Below, one piece after another: positions 35,927 to 49,600 of a stretch of 64,000 nucleotides of DNA. Each line of letters starts with the position of its first letter. Positions within the stretch are counted from its first letter, which is position 1. Below the pieces are notes generated by a model that ran no database searches, was not told the origin of the DNA, and was given only the letters and a program-made list of their open reading frames with translations. The translations under genes were made by a program, and so were the position numbers. This DNA is from Amoebophrya sp. A120. Its lineage: Eukaryota; Protista; Dinoflagellata. Location: positions 725,044 to 789,043 of the forward strand of contig CAJINV010000022.1 in NCBI GenBank assembly GCA_905178155.1. The letters are read 5' to 3'.

Positions 35927-38221
35927 GTCCACACTCTGGTGCTACTCAAACCTGTCTTCGCTTCTCGTAGGTGACGACTCTTTCAAATCCAGGTGCTTCA
36001 TGCTGTGTACGAGCAGGCCGTGAAAGCCGAACTTGTGCTCTGTAGCTCGCTTAAATGTGAGTCTGCAGCCGGCAGAGCAGGAAGCTTCGTGCTCGCTAAT
36101 GGTCGAAGATGATGAAGAAGTCAAAATGCTTTACTACTGAATCCTTTTCCAAGTTTCTTTTCATATTTGGCGGTTTTGTGGTTGCGCAAAACAAAGTCGT
36201 TGAGCTGATCAATGGTATAAGAAATCACGAGTACTAAAGACGGGACAAGAATCAAGAAACAAAAAGTAAATAATCCAGTGTCTTGGCTACATGTTCAGTA
36301 GTTTTAAAATTCTTCTTTACGGTTGTACTGTCTTGTTAGATTTTTTTACACGTTTTTTTATTGAAACAATGGCGATGGCCACCGCAACACTAGTAAAGTG
36401 ACTTCGAGTCAAGGACGATCCGGTGCGAAATGACGATATTTACAAATCAGAAAACTTTTCAACCTTTCCGAATCCGTGCAACTGGACTCACGGATGTAGA
36501 TTAGGCGAAAACTTCATTTATGAATTTGATTCACGAGGCGAACATTATTTTTTGATACAGCTGGTTTTCATGGAGCCCGCCCTTCAACACCAGTGGTTGT
36601 CGTTTGTCTTTTCACCAACAAAAAATAATCAACCAGTGCAAGATAATATATAGTACAGCACAAAGTCTTTACTGTGACGACAGATACGGGGATTTGTGAT
36701 GCAAAACCTTCACCAACATCACTCAGGTTTCGAAAAATAAAGGTACAAAAATTTTACACTTTTACGTTGCTTACACCGAGCATGAACAAACAAAAATAGA
36801 GTGCACGTGAAGAATTTGAATTCAGCTTCATTCAACCGTCAGTAAGCACACTACCGTCGTCCTCCTACTGAGGTCGACGGTGTATTTTTTTATACACACC
36901 TGTAGTGCGACGACAAAATCCAAAAATAATAAACACTTTTTTCGCTTTTACTTGTTTCGACTAGTAGTTCGAAAGTCGTGTCTACACCACACGACGTGCC
37001 CCCCTCTCGTGCAAGGATCAAAGCATCCAGTCGCGTTTGTTGGGCACCGTTGATTCACCTTTCAATTGCGAAGCTCGAATTTGACCTTTCTTTCTCGCGC
37101 ATCTACAGGAAAATACGGGGAGTCGAGTGCCGCTTTGCATATCAGTATCATGTGCTTCCTACGAATAATTGTTGTGGCGAACACCACGACCTTCACTAGG
37201 TGGCTGATTAAAAAAAATAGATGCTGCAAGGGCGGCACAGAAGCCATCTTGTCTATGGGTTGTACCTGTGAAAGCCAGTGCAACAACCATGTCAGTTGCA
37301 TCCTCGGTCTTCATCGATAAGTACTCCTAGCCACGGCTTTGCAAAAGTTTCTCTATCGTAGAACCATCCCCTCAACGAAGATTTGTTGTCTCCCACAACT
37401 ATAGTCTCAGCGCCGCCTGCAGGACGCGTTCTCGCCATCGCGAATGCAAGCACAGACACTAAAAATCCGCAGCTTCTACGCGCTCGTTTTGTAGGCCTAG
37501 TTTTGGTATAGATATCGGATATTGTTTGCAAATCGTATCAAGGCAATTCGTTTGTGAAACGTAAAAGGGAAAGTAAGTAGCTCATGTAGTAGATCCGATA
37601 TGGAGTCGCACCAGTTATTGTTATTCTCTTGAGAAAAATAAAACAGCCATGGCATAATCTACTCCTATGATGCGCACGAGGCTGTATTGTTGTACACCCT
37701 TCGTGCGTCGGCAGAATTAGAAGAAAAAATGCGTAGGGAAATGTTGATATATTGGCACGGAGTTCATGCTCAAAGAAAACGTCTTTTGGGGCTAAAACGC
37801 ATCTCCGCGGCACATGAAAAACATCATCATCTTCTCGTATCCAAAATGATCTAGCGAAGTATGTGTGTTGCCTCGTTGGAGCGTTGGTTGTTTTCAGTTT
37901 CCAGCGCCAACAGGAGGTGTAGGACTTTAAAAGAAGTCCCGATGTTCTTTTTTTTCTTCACTCTGTGTGTTTTTGTGGCTCTTAATGGGTTATCAAAGAT
38001 CCTTGTTTCCTCGTTCCGTCGTTCTTAATTTCCTGGCTTGTGTAAGTCTACATGCTATCCTTTAACGCAGCACCACGTACGAATTTGGTGAACAACATTA
38101 CTGACGATCACCCCCAGCAGTTGTACCGTGGATATTTATTTTTTGTGGTAAGTCCTAATCTGCAGCGAGTGAACGACCCACTTCCTTTGTTGTTTCCTTT
38201 TTTCACGCTCCAGGAGTGAAT

Positions 38222-41200
38222 ATGTCGTACAATAAGCAGAACGCCCCAAGAGGGCCGTCTATGGGCCCTGCTACTCAGACACGTCCGCGTGAACAGCGTG
38301 GGCGGGAAGAGGGCGGACCGCGCTCCTTAACCAGGGAACGACTATCAAATGGAAAAATCCCCCCTCCCCATATCGAAAACGAGATTTGTGATGCTGTATT
38401 TGAGTACACAAATCGAGTTGTAATGCTAGAAGGCCAAGAGACGCAGCTGTAGCCTCGTTTGCAGGCAATTTGTCATGCTGTTTCCCACTTCCAGCTGCCC
38501 CCTGTCATGCTGAAGATGCAAGGCTTTCCGACGCCAACCAGCACTACAGTCCGCATCTTTCCCCTTCTAGCATGACAAAGCTGATTTGTGACCACAAATC
38601 TGCATCACAAATTTCTAGTTTGAGTATGGAGTGGGGGGATTTTTCATTTTGATAACGACAACAGCAGATGGTGGCCAAGAGCAGATCCAACAGCGGCCCA
38701 GGGATCCGAGATAGAAGCCACGGCGGTGGAAGTGGTGCTGCTACTGCAGTCGATGCGCGAGTTGTGCTCCCGTCACTGCACTACTTGTACGCGAATGTCG
38801 ACGTCCAGGAATACGAACTCGCCACGCTGCTCGCATGGGACCAAGCACTATCAAGTGTAAAAATGTCTGGGTCTGGAAGATTCTGAGACTGGTCATGCAC
38901 ATTCTGCATGAGCCATGAGGTCTAGAATGCGAGACCTAGCATGACAGATTCTGTGAGATGATCCGTGTCATGCCTATCCTGCATTAGAAACTTCCTCTCA
39001 ACTTGGTCAAAAGTGGACAGCTTTTGGCATTCATGCAACACAGATTTTTGCACGATCCAGAATTAGCATTACAAGTTGCAATCTTCCAGACCCAGACATT
39101 TTTGCAATTCATAAGCAGGCCGATATCACAACATGCTACTTACGACGATGGATGTTTTTGCCTGCGCTCTGTCTGTCATGCCTTTGTGTTTGCCACGAGC
39201 GGGGCCGGTACAAACGAACCGCTGCATGACTGCCTCGGAGTGTTTGTATCAGAGTTTTTTGAAGATTTCCCGCCCCTTTCCGTGCTGATAAATTTCGTTT
39301 TTCCATGCGCAAATCCGCACCGGGATTGTTCGTTGGAAGCATGCCAGGCAGCGCAGTCGGACGTTTTTCTTCGCGAAACCCTGTCGGTGCATATCTCATG
39401 TCAAATCAGTGTCACAAACCCATTAGATACACGCAAGCGGCGCATTTATGTATCTTTCCTGCGAATCATGCGAAGCAACTGCGGTCGGACCACTGCGTGC
39501 TTTGCTTTCATACGCTGCGAATGTGATTTTGATTTTTCCGCGGTGCGTGCTCATGCATTACAAGTCGCCCTTTTAGACAGTGATTTGCCATGCGATACTT
39601 ACGAAAGCAATTGCTGCAGCTGAGGAAATATCAAATGCAAATATGTCTGGGTCCTCTGGAAGGATGCAACCTTATCGTAGTCATGCTAAGTCTCAATCAC
39701 AAAAACATCGTGTATTGCATGTGCGCCAAAAGTTGCCCAGCTCCTGCCAGGAGGTCTCGCTAAATCTCTGATGCTTTTGTGTGCATTCCAGACTGTGTCA
39801 TGTGCATTCCTGCATACTTCTAGAACCAGACATATTTGCAATGCATAGGGACATCTTGGATGACGTTCCGTACAAAGAAGAATACCCTCTAGCGGACCTG
39901 GACGCCAAGATACAGATCGTCAGGCACCTCGAGACACTATGGCTACACGAGACGGAACGGATCACTGATGCATTCAGACAAGGTAAAAGTCAATCCTCCA
40001 CTGATGGTTTTGTTTGGATCTAACATTGAATGAGGGGCTAGCTTTTTTCTGTTTGTCATTTTTAGCTGCCCCATGATCTCTTTCTACTTGCGTTGTATCC
40101 TCCCAGTCGACAATTTATAAACGCATGAAGTGTAACGAAGTAGTGGTAGATCATCGCAAAGACAATATAACGCACAGGTACACCCTGCTGCACCGAGACC
40201 GAGCACACAGGAGCTGCAGTTGCAGAAGAAAAAGGATATTACTTCGACGACAACCTCACCCTCGACACTCCGCTTTCCGCCGAGCGAAAACTGCAGGAGC
40301 AGGTTGAATTAATCCATGGCAAACCTCCTGTACTGCCCCAAGACCTGTTAGTAGAGAACACATGTTTATTCTTCTGGAGATTGTCATGCGATCGTCAGAG
40401 CGAAACTGGTTGACAAGTGTGCAAGATGTAGCCCATCGCGACTTTGTGATTAGGTTAAAGCACCACCAGCCGCGATGCTCTTCTTTCCCAAAGCTGTATC
40501 ACCATGTCTTGGGCTGGCAGGTTGCTTTGCGTTGCATAAAAATTCGCGCTTCCACAGCCCGGCGATTTCTTCCCTGTATTCATTGCACATATCTCTGGGT
40601 CTGGAAGAGCTCCAACTTGTCATGCTAGGTTTGGATCATGCAGAAATCTGTGTTGCATGCTTACCAAAAGTTGATGTCCACTCTTTCCCAACTTGCGAGG
40701 GGGCCGTTTCTCATGCAGGATGAGTATAATAGAGAGCTCACAGGATCTGTCATGCTACCTGCTGTATTCCAGACCGCATGGGCCATGGAAAATCTGGACG
40801 ACAAGTGCTACTCCCTTCCAGGCCCAGACATGTTTGCATCTGATAGGACTGGCCGATGCTGGGTAAGGAAACTGTGTACTTATCTTGTTGAATGACGATC
40901 CGCACCAGAACGATATTCTATTTTTTTCTCCAATGATAAGAAACAAATATTTTCTTTCTCAGCGACGATACCACACCGATTTTCGTGTGGTTTAACTGGA
41001 CGAAACAAATGAGATTTCCTCACCCCAACACAGGTGACCCAGTGTCGTATCTTGTCCTCTACATTAACAAGCTCGTTCTGGACACCGAGATAGCAATCGG
41101 GAACTGGATCTACACGCAGTTTTACAACCCCCTCGCAGCTACGAACCCAATAAGACGGCCTTCTCGCGGAGCAGAAGACGAGATGTGCACTATTGTCAGC

Positions 41201-44200
41201 AAAACTCTACTCCAACTCCATGCAACTTGAAAGGGTAGTTATTTGTGGTGCGCGTTTTGGGTACAGAAGTCAACTTGTGTCGCATGAATCGAGCACCAGA
41301 TGGACTTTCAGTCACATTCTTGCTTTGCGTATCTGACTTTTGGAGCTGTGCGGGTAGCTACAACAGGGGCGTCTGTCATGCCGAATAGGTTTGAATTCTA
41401 TTCCAGGTCCAGACAAGCGGAGCACTTGCATCAAATAAACCCATCTGCCGTCGGGCTGCAATGCAAATTGGATTGTGTACACAAATCTGCGGTGCCACAC
41501 TATGGGATTCTCGAACGTTACATTCTCAACTCTTACATGATTTGTCATGCAAAATTACCACTGCGCATGACAAATTCTGAGAGGGCTAAACAGCACTATA
41601 ATCCGCACCAAACCTTAATGCAAGACGCGCAAGGTTCTCCCTCCCACCTGTGCTAGTCTTGCATTGCAAATTCATGTAACAGTTGAGAATGTAACGTTTG
41701 AGAACGCCATACACACCCTTGCCATTTTGCAGTGGGCGATTTTTCATTTGCATAGCGCCGTTGGACATCGGATCTCGAATTAAAAAGGAAAAGGAGAGTA
41801 TCAACCTCAAATATGTCGGGGTCTGAAAGGTGCGACTTGTGATGCCGTCTCTGGGTTGTACAAAAATCTGTATTGCATTAGTAGCAACAAGAACGAAGTT
41901 TTTGCTGTGGGGAGAGGACAGTTCTCGTCATCCGGAATACTCAAGCATCAGCAAATCTGTGATGCTATGCCATGAATTACGGGCATCATGGGCCAAGGCC
42001 ATGCGAAATATGCATGACAAACCTGGCAATCTTCAAGCCCCAGACATATTTGCCGTTGATAGAGATGCTGAAAGAGCAACTGAACGACGCAAAGGAGAAG
42101 TTGCTAAATACGCTACCGAAAAGTTTACCCACACGACGAAAGAATATGAAGTTGTGCGCAGCTCCGCTTTAGTCACTCTGGGTAACAAAAATCTGTAATG
42201 CGGAGAGGATGGTGATGAGGCAGTATCATGCAGAACGCAGTTTATCATCGCTAATAGCAATGATAAAAGAGATAAATTACAAGAGTAAAGCTTGTCATGC
42301 AGAACAAACAAAAAAAACAACTAAAAACGCACACTCTTTTTCTTTGAAGGTATGGATATGCTTTGCTGCAGAATAAAAACGGGAACTTATCAAATGGAAT
42401 TCATGTGCCCTCACCGCAGGTAGCGCTGTGCAAATGTGTATTCTGAAAAAAATCAATTGTCAAGGAGGGAAATTGTGATGCCGAATTGCGAACACAAAGC
42501 AAGAAACTATGGTGTTGCTAGAAGGCATAGATAAGTACACAGCCGAGGCCTGGTAGGTAGGTTCCCAGCGTATACCGGCTTGATGCGGACTTTTATCGAC
42601 GAGGTATCGTCTCCGCCGACGGAACAAAGTGGTACGCTGGCAAAAATCTTCCAGTCTCTCAGCACAATGCAGCAAGAAAAAATTCCTCATGTTAACAGAT
42701 ACTTGTGCTGCTAGATGAAATGCGATGTAGTGCAATATTTGGTTGTTTGGACTGAAAGCTTTTTCAAGATCACGTCGACCACCATCGCACAATACGGGTT
42801 CAATCACACTTTGGGTACAGAGGTTTATATACTATATTTTTCTCGGTGCTAACTGTGCATGTTAGAAGGAAGAAGAACGTTGTAAAGTATTTATATCATG
42901 CGCGCAAAATCAACTACGTTTTGGTGTACTGCAAGAACAAAAATATAGATTCAAATTTGTCAAAAAACCGCAGATGAAGACGGCTCCCTGAAAGGATCTG
43001 CGGTCAAGCCGGGCGAAATAGGAATTGCCTATGGATTGCAAATATGTCTGGGTCTGGAATCTTGCCTGATTTCGTCACAAAGCTTTTGTTGGCTTCGTGA
43101 TGCCTACTTCGCATGAAACATGCCGTCTCCGCGTAAGTAGCACAACTTTGACTACTTGTCTTGCGGCTCATGCAATACAGGTTTTTTTAAGAATCCCAGT
43201 GCAGCATGACAAGTCACATCCTTCCAGACCCTCCAGACATATTTGTACTTCAGATTGCACATTTCGCGAAGATACCGGACTCGAACTTGTTGCTCAAGAG
43301 TACAGATGATACAGTCTTTTCTGTTTTTGAATGTGTATGCAATTAATATTAACTTTTCCGAGGTTTTGTGTGGAAATAAAGTTTGTCTCCTACGTACTGT
43401 ACACGCGCTTCCTCAACCACATCAACAAAAAAAAATAGCTGGAATGAAGTTGGTCCGAGAAGAAACTGCCGATCTACGAAGCGAGCTGTCAAAGTATCAA
43501 ATGTAAAAATGTCTGGGTCTGGAAGAATGCGCGATTTGTCATGCAGCTTTTCCATGACCCATGAAGCCTGGAATGCAGGACCTAGCATGACAGATTCTGT
43601 GCGGTCTCTCTCAATCTCATGCCTATCCTGCATGAGACACTCCCTCCCGGCTTGGTCAAAACTGGACGACTTTTGGTAATCATGCAACACAGATTTTTGC
43701 ACGCTTCGAATTTAGCATGACAAGTTGCATTCTTCCAGACCCGGACACTTTTACATTTGATACCAAGTCGGAGGCGACCAACCTAGATATGGCGGATATC
43801 ATCTTGAAAAGCGCAACATTCCTGTAAAACAAGACGAGTTGCGTCAGAGTCTTTCGATGCTGGTCTCCAGCAATTTCTAGTTGTCATGTGGCGTATAATC
43901 ATATGATGTGCATTTTTCAAGGTAAGTAGAAATAGACATGACATGACGGCTACACCATCCAGTGCGAAGAAGATCATAGCTTCGCTCCATTGTGTGATGA
44001 ACCAATAAATTCAATACAAAGCTGTACTCGACGCAGTTGCAACATGCTTGTGTGTTTCTCAGGAACTGCGCGTTTTCAGTACCATAGACCCGAAAGTCGC
44101 GTCGCTGAGCAGCACGATCGAAGAACTCAACGTATGAATTGCAAAAATGTTTGGGTCTGGGAGATTGCAACTTGTCATGGTAAATCTGATACATGCAAAA

Positions 44201-45029
44201 ATCTGTGTTGCATGAGTGCCAAAAGCTGTAAACTTTTGCCCAAGTTGGAAGGTAGTTTCTCATGCAGGATAGGCATGGCAGAGACCTCGCAGAGTCTGTC
44301 ATGCTAAGTCCCGCATGCCAGACCTCACGGGTCATGGAAAATCTGCAGGACAAGTCTACACTTTTCCAGACCCAGACATTTTTGCACTTGATACCACGCG
44401 AAGCAGATTAAAATGACGGCCGAGTACGAACAGGAGATGAACATGTTGCGATCCCAACTGCACGGTTTGCTACGCCAGAACCAGGAGTTGAAACTGGAGT
44501 TGGACCACAGCCAGAGCACAGGAGGCGGACACCCCGCCGCGTCCCCAACCTCGTCATCCTCGGGCAGCAAGGGAACGGTGTTTATGTCGCCACCAACGGA
44601 AAAGCATATGCATTCTGCAAACATGTCTCGGTCTGGAAATCTGTGATGCATGTGAGTGAATAATGAGCACACACACACACACGAACTGTGATGCGCCGTC
44701 AAGCATGACAAATTGCTTTGTGCTGTCTCTACATTGTGTAAATATTCCGCAGAAGGAGCTTTGTTTTTGCATGACAGAAAAGAGGAGCTCGCGTTCGTGG
44801 CCTCACATTACTTTTTTCCGAGGCTTCTCAGACTAGCATGACAAGCCTCGCAATCTTCGAGAGGACCCGGACATCTTTGTAATGCATACGACCGCAAGAG
44901 ACGGTACAACTGCCCCCGACGCCGATGCAAGAGAAGAACGTGCCCAATGCCTCGCCGTTGGAACACAAGGAAAGCAGGGTCGAAACGGGGGGGATCGGGA
45001 CGCCGCGAAAAACACCCACGCTCCAGTAG
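38222..45029 (+). CDS. Large multi-exon hypothetical protein with coiled-coil-like C-terminal exons (may be more than one gene)
   Basis: ATG at 38222; in-frame joins LTRER|QQQMVAK, LLQLR|NILDDVPYKEEY, TIEELN|AKQIKMTAEYEQEMNMLRSQL; last exon ..ETVQLPPTPMQ..TPTLQ*; middle joins not all resolved. Confidence 0.5.
38343..38654. mobile_element. Introner family B
   Basis: TIR pair; exact DR ACGAC; in-frame removal. Confidence 0.93.
38849..39113. mobile_element. Introner family A
   Basis: TIR pair; DR AGCAC/AGCAG. Confidence 0.9.
39629..39847. mobile_element. Introner family A
   Basis: TIR pair; in-frame removal. Confidence 0.8.
40576..40844. mobile_element. Introner family A
   Basis: TIR pair; DR diverged. 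Confidence 0.78.
41501..41711. mobile_element. Introner family C, probably nested in an older element
   Basis: TATGGGATTCTCGAACGTTACATTCTCAAC ... GTTGAGAATGTAACGTTTGAGAACGCCATA; exact DR CACAC. Confidence 0.9.
41799..42061. mobile_element. Introner family A
   Basis: TIR pair; DR GAGAG/GAGAT. Confidence 0.85.
43495..43762. mobile_element. Introner family A
   Basis: TIR pair; DR CAAAG/CCAAG. Confidence 0.92.
44133..44393. mobile_element. Introner family A
   Basis: TIR pair; DR CAACG/CCACG. Confidence 0.9.
44607..44888. mobile_element. Introner family A, diverged
   Basis: TATGCATTCTGCAAACATGTC ... GACATCTTTGTAATGCATA. Confidence 0.75.
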
Positions 45030-45939
45030 CAGCAAGAACCACGGACTGGTGCGCAATAGACGTTTGATGTTGACTGCAAAACTAAAAACTTTTTTATGTT
45101 CGCAAAACTCATCGATATCACACTTCAGATTAAAACAAGTAGTTGGACAATATTTCTACAGAAAACCATCCAAGGTAGATTTTGCTTCAGTCGAGCTCCT
45201 CCATTGCATAATGTAGTAAAAAAGTAGGATCAGTAAATAAGACAAGCTCCCGGTCTTGGAGCTGGTGGCGATTGTAAGAAGAATCAACAAGAGCTAGAGC
45301 TGCAGCTGGAATGATTTAATCGTCCGTATTAGAATCTTGAATTTTGCCTTCTGACGACGAATATGGGATTCCATAAAACACAAAGAAATATATTCAAGCA
45401 AATTTGCGCCGCGAGCTTGCTAAGTGTAGCATACTTTGTCTGCTGGCTCTACGCTGGTGTTCACCCTCAAGCAGCTCTTGAATGGATCACGCATTTCGAA
45501 GGCGTCTCTTGCGCTCCTTGCTGTTTTTCAATAATGACCCGCTGCAGTGCGTTTTTTTTTTTGTGAGATGAAGCCGAGGTTTTCAACATATTGTTCAGTA
45601 GTGCAAAACTATGAGGCAGGTAAGTTGCCCAAATTGAAGATCCACCAAAACCTGTTGTTCTTCCGTTTTCGTTATCGATTCGTTGTTCGAATCGGTGGAG
45701 GTGATTAGACGTCGATGTGGCTGAACGCAGAGAGGATCTGAATCCTTGTGTCCACCTATATCTTCCGTTACTTTCTCGTGTAAATTCAGGCAGAATAACG
45801 TGTTCTTCCACTCGCTACTACAGGCAGAGGCAAAGCTACTTTTGAAAAAGATGCGAGTCTTTTGCTATTAGGTTCTCTGTGCCGTCGTTTATCCTGCAGC
45901 CACCTCTCCCACACGCGCACCTCCACGACCGAATCCTAC

Positions 45940-46191
45940 TATCAAGTGTAAAAATGTCTGGGTCTGGAAGAATGCAAATTTGTCATGCTCGTCTGGCATG
46001 ACTCTTAAATCTGTCATGCACATTACCAAAGAGCCCCACTTTTCTGTCATGCAGAAACGTAGTTTGTCATGGAGAATAGGCAACACCTAGAAGCTCAGAA
46101 GCTTGTCATGCTGAGCCAGCAATTGTGGCCTCCTCATGATACGCCACACAGCATCACAAGTTTCCAGACCCAGACATTTTTGCATTCGATA
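45940..46191. mobile_element. Introner family A
   Basis: TIR pair; exact DR CCTAC. Confidence 0.93.
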
Positions 46192-46248
46192 CCTACTTTA
46201 CTCATACCAGTCTTCCTCGTCGGCATGGCGAAGTATCAACCGGAGCAT

Positions 46249-46519
46249 TATCAAATGCAAACGTGTCTGAGTCTAAAGAGGTGGAACTTGTGATGCTGCT
46301 TTTGAATTCCAAACAAATCTGTATTGCTTGAGCAGCCAGCGATACTAGAGGTCTGATTTTTTGTTACGTGGACAGGGCATTCCTCATGCGAAATAGGCAT
46401 CAAGAAGCGCCTAGAAAAAATGTGATGCTTGAGAAAGTGTACCACACATCACGGGTCATGTAAAATCTGCATGACAGGTTGCACCAGGGTTCTAGACCCA
46501 GACATATTTCCAGTGCATA
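46249..46519. mobile_element. Introner family A
   Basis: TIR pair; exact DR AGCAT. Confidence 0.9.
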
Positions 46520-46627
46520 AGCATATCCAGTCGACAACGTTTCCGCCCGCGTCGCACACCGAAAATGCTCAGCCTTCTTCCCTCTTAAATGGGCAGAAGA
46601 CGCTGACACCTTCGGTGTGCAGGTCGG

Positions 46628-49600
46628 GTGGCATCGTTTTTCATTTTGAGATATCACGTACCGCGTAGAGCACTCTCACGCGAGGAAGACGGACAACAAC
46701 GGTCCCTGTTTCGGGGTACGCGAGCCGGATCTTCGACTCCCAGAACGGGTCCCGGTTTACGGGCACGCGAGACGAGTAATTCCTCCGCCGGGAGCACGGG
46801 GTCGAGGAAGAGACCCGACGTCAACGAGCACCAGTACCAAAACCGAATAAATGCAGCGTCGTCGGTGCGGGTTCGCAATTTACAGGATCGTCTGCTGAAA
46901 GAGGCCACGGCGACTGCTGCCTCTCCACTGCTGCTCGCAGAGTTTTCGAGAAAAAGATGCGCTCTGGTGTCGCGAGTCCGAGACGAATACACGCAGCTAC
47001 GGAACTACATGCAGCAGATCCGGCACGGCGGTCAGTCGGGAGCTAAGGCTGCGGCATCCCTGAGGGATGTGACCGACTTGGAGAACCAGTGGGATGAAAA
47101 CCTGCAGCGGCTCCTCGATGTATGCTGCAGAAGAGCATGTCGATAGGAAAGCAGCTGCTCCCAAATTCGGCTTTGTCATGATTGTCATTGTGCAGCGCAG
47201 CCACGTCCTCGATAAATGGCGAAGTAGACCTCAGATATTTTGTCATGCCGCTACACGGCCTCGGCTTTTACACCCCCAGATCTTCCGTCGTCCCCTTCAA
47301 GACATGTTGTTGACATTTCATAGCACTGTATCGACGTGGAATCTGCTGGCGTACCGACCGCAGTGGCGGGAGCTCCTACTGCAGGTAAAGGTGATTGCGA
47401 AAGCAAATATGTTGCTTTAGATCTTCATATCAACTGCAAATTATGTTTCTGGGTCTAGTAGAAGATGGCAGTTTGTCATGCACATTTTCCATGCTTCATG
47501 ATGAATGACTGTGATGCATGCCCTAGCATCACAGATTTTTGAGCGCTCTCGCTTAGTTGTCGAGGCGCTCCCCGCATGACAAGTGCCTTCTTCCCGTAGC
47601 CAAGTTTAACTCCTCTTGCTCCTCATGCAATACAAATTTTTTTTAGCATCCAAATGCAGCATCACTGTGATGCCATCACAACCAGCATTCTTCTAGCCCC
47701 AGATACATTTGCGTGTGATACTTCTTATCGACAGAAGCAATTTCTGGTAAAAGTCTTTACTGAATGCGAACTGGACGCACTAATCTTTTCTTCGTGAAGA
47801 TCCCCGGCAAGATAACCCCGGATTTCTCTTGTTTACCGTGGAGAACAAAAATCCCTTTGCAGCTCCGATAAGTGCAATGAAAATTATACAGACCACTCAA
47901 GACCGAGCGGTGTGTATTTGAAAACTAGTTTTGAACGTTGTTTCTCATAGATCAAAATAAAGAAAATGAACAGGATGATAAGGACAAGGCAAGAAATCGA
48001 TCGAGCAAGAAAAGGAACGAAATACCAAGGAAAAGCAAGCAAATTCTTGCCACGATCGACAGAAAAAGGAAAAGGAAAAGAGAAGAGAAGAAAAGCAAAG
48101 AAATTAGGTCTGATTTACGCTGAGTTCGCATTACAAACTGCCTTTTCACTACTTTCAAGGAGCTGAGTCAAGGCTACGGGCACGATTAGAAATATGAAAA
48201 GACGCGAAATAGCATTAGAAACTGAGACAACTAGATTGGGGATATTGAATCTGTAATGCGTATTTGTGGAATTTGGAGGAGTTTTAGATGGTGTTCAAGT
48301 AAGACTTCGGTGTGTACGCGTCTGAAAAATTAACCTCTCCATTTCGAAACTAGATCCTACAGCGGCGATGAACGCGTCTTGACCATAGAGTCGCTCCAGG
48401 CCTTACAGGACCACTATCAAATGCAAAAATGTCTGGGTCTGGAACATTCTAAACTTGTGATGCTGTCTCTGGATTCTAAAAAAAATTGTATTGCATGATC
48501 AGCAAGAGGACTCCATGTTGTGCTACGCGGAGAGGGCATTTCTCATGCGGTAGAGGTATCACAAGGCCCTCTAAAAATCTGTGATGCTACGGCATGCATC
48601 ACAGACATGATGGCTCATGGAAAATATGCATGACAAATCTCGAAATCTTCCAGACCCAGACATTTTTGCATTTGATAACCACGTGCAGTCGACCATGCGC
48701 CAAGTTAACGCGGACATGGTGTTCAAAGGTGAGTGCTACATCATCGCCTTCGGTTTACATTTTTTGTAGGTCGTGATGATGTAATGATCGAAGCGTATGT
48801 GTGACGAGAAGAATATGATTTATCAATATGATTGGATTTGTTTTATTGGTGGATTGAAATGATATAGAAAACCACACTTATTTTCCTCTCAGGCGACGCG
48901 GTCCTGTATTTGTTATGCAAGGCAAATTGCATGAGCGGCAAGAGAATTTTATTTTTTGCTACGTGGGGTGGGCATTTCTCATGCTGGATAAGCATAAAGA
49001 CGCCGTCAGAAAAGCTGTGATGCTGCGGCGTCTTATATCGCAGACATCATCGGTCATGNNNNNNNNNNNNNNNNNNNNNNNNNNNNNNNNNNNNNNNNNN
49101 NNNNNNNNNNNNNNNNNNNNNNNNNNNNNNNNNNNNNNNNNNNNNNNNNNNNNNNNNNNNNNNNNNNNNNNNNNNNNNNNNNNNNNNNNNNNNNNNNNNN
49201 NNNNNNNNNNNNNNNNNNNNNNNNNNNNNNNNNNNNNNNNNNNNNNNNNNNNNNNNNNNNNNNNNNNNNNNNNNNNNNNNNNNNNNNNNNNNNNNNNNNN
49301 NNNNNNNNNNNNNNNNNNNNNNNNNNNNNNNNNNNNNNNNNNNNNNNNNNNNNNNNNNNNNNNNNNNNNNNNNNNNNNNNNNNNNNNNNNNNNNNNNNNN
49401 NNNNNNNNNNNNNNNNNNNNNNNNNNNNNNNNNNNNNNNNNNNNNNNNNNNNNNNNNNNNNNNNNNNNNNNNNNNNNNNNNNNNNNNNNNNNNNNNNNNN
49501 NNNNNNNNNNNNNNNNNNNNNNNNNNNNNNNNNNNNNNNNNNNNNNNNNNNNNNNNNNNNNNNNNNNNNNNNNNNNNNNNNNNNNNNNNNNNNNNNNNNN

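Larger units (their letters stand above)
47059..49058 (+). repeat. Exact 2000-bp duplication, copy 1
   Basis: Matches 49809-51808 (offset 2750); the ORF track repeats identically. Confidence 0.95.
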
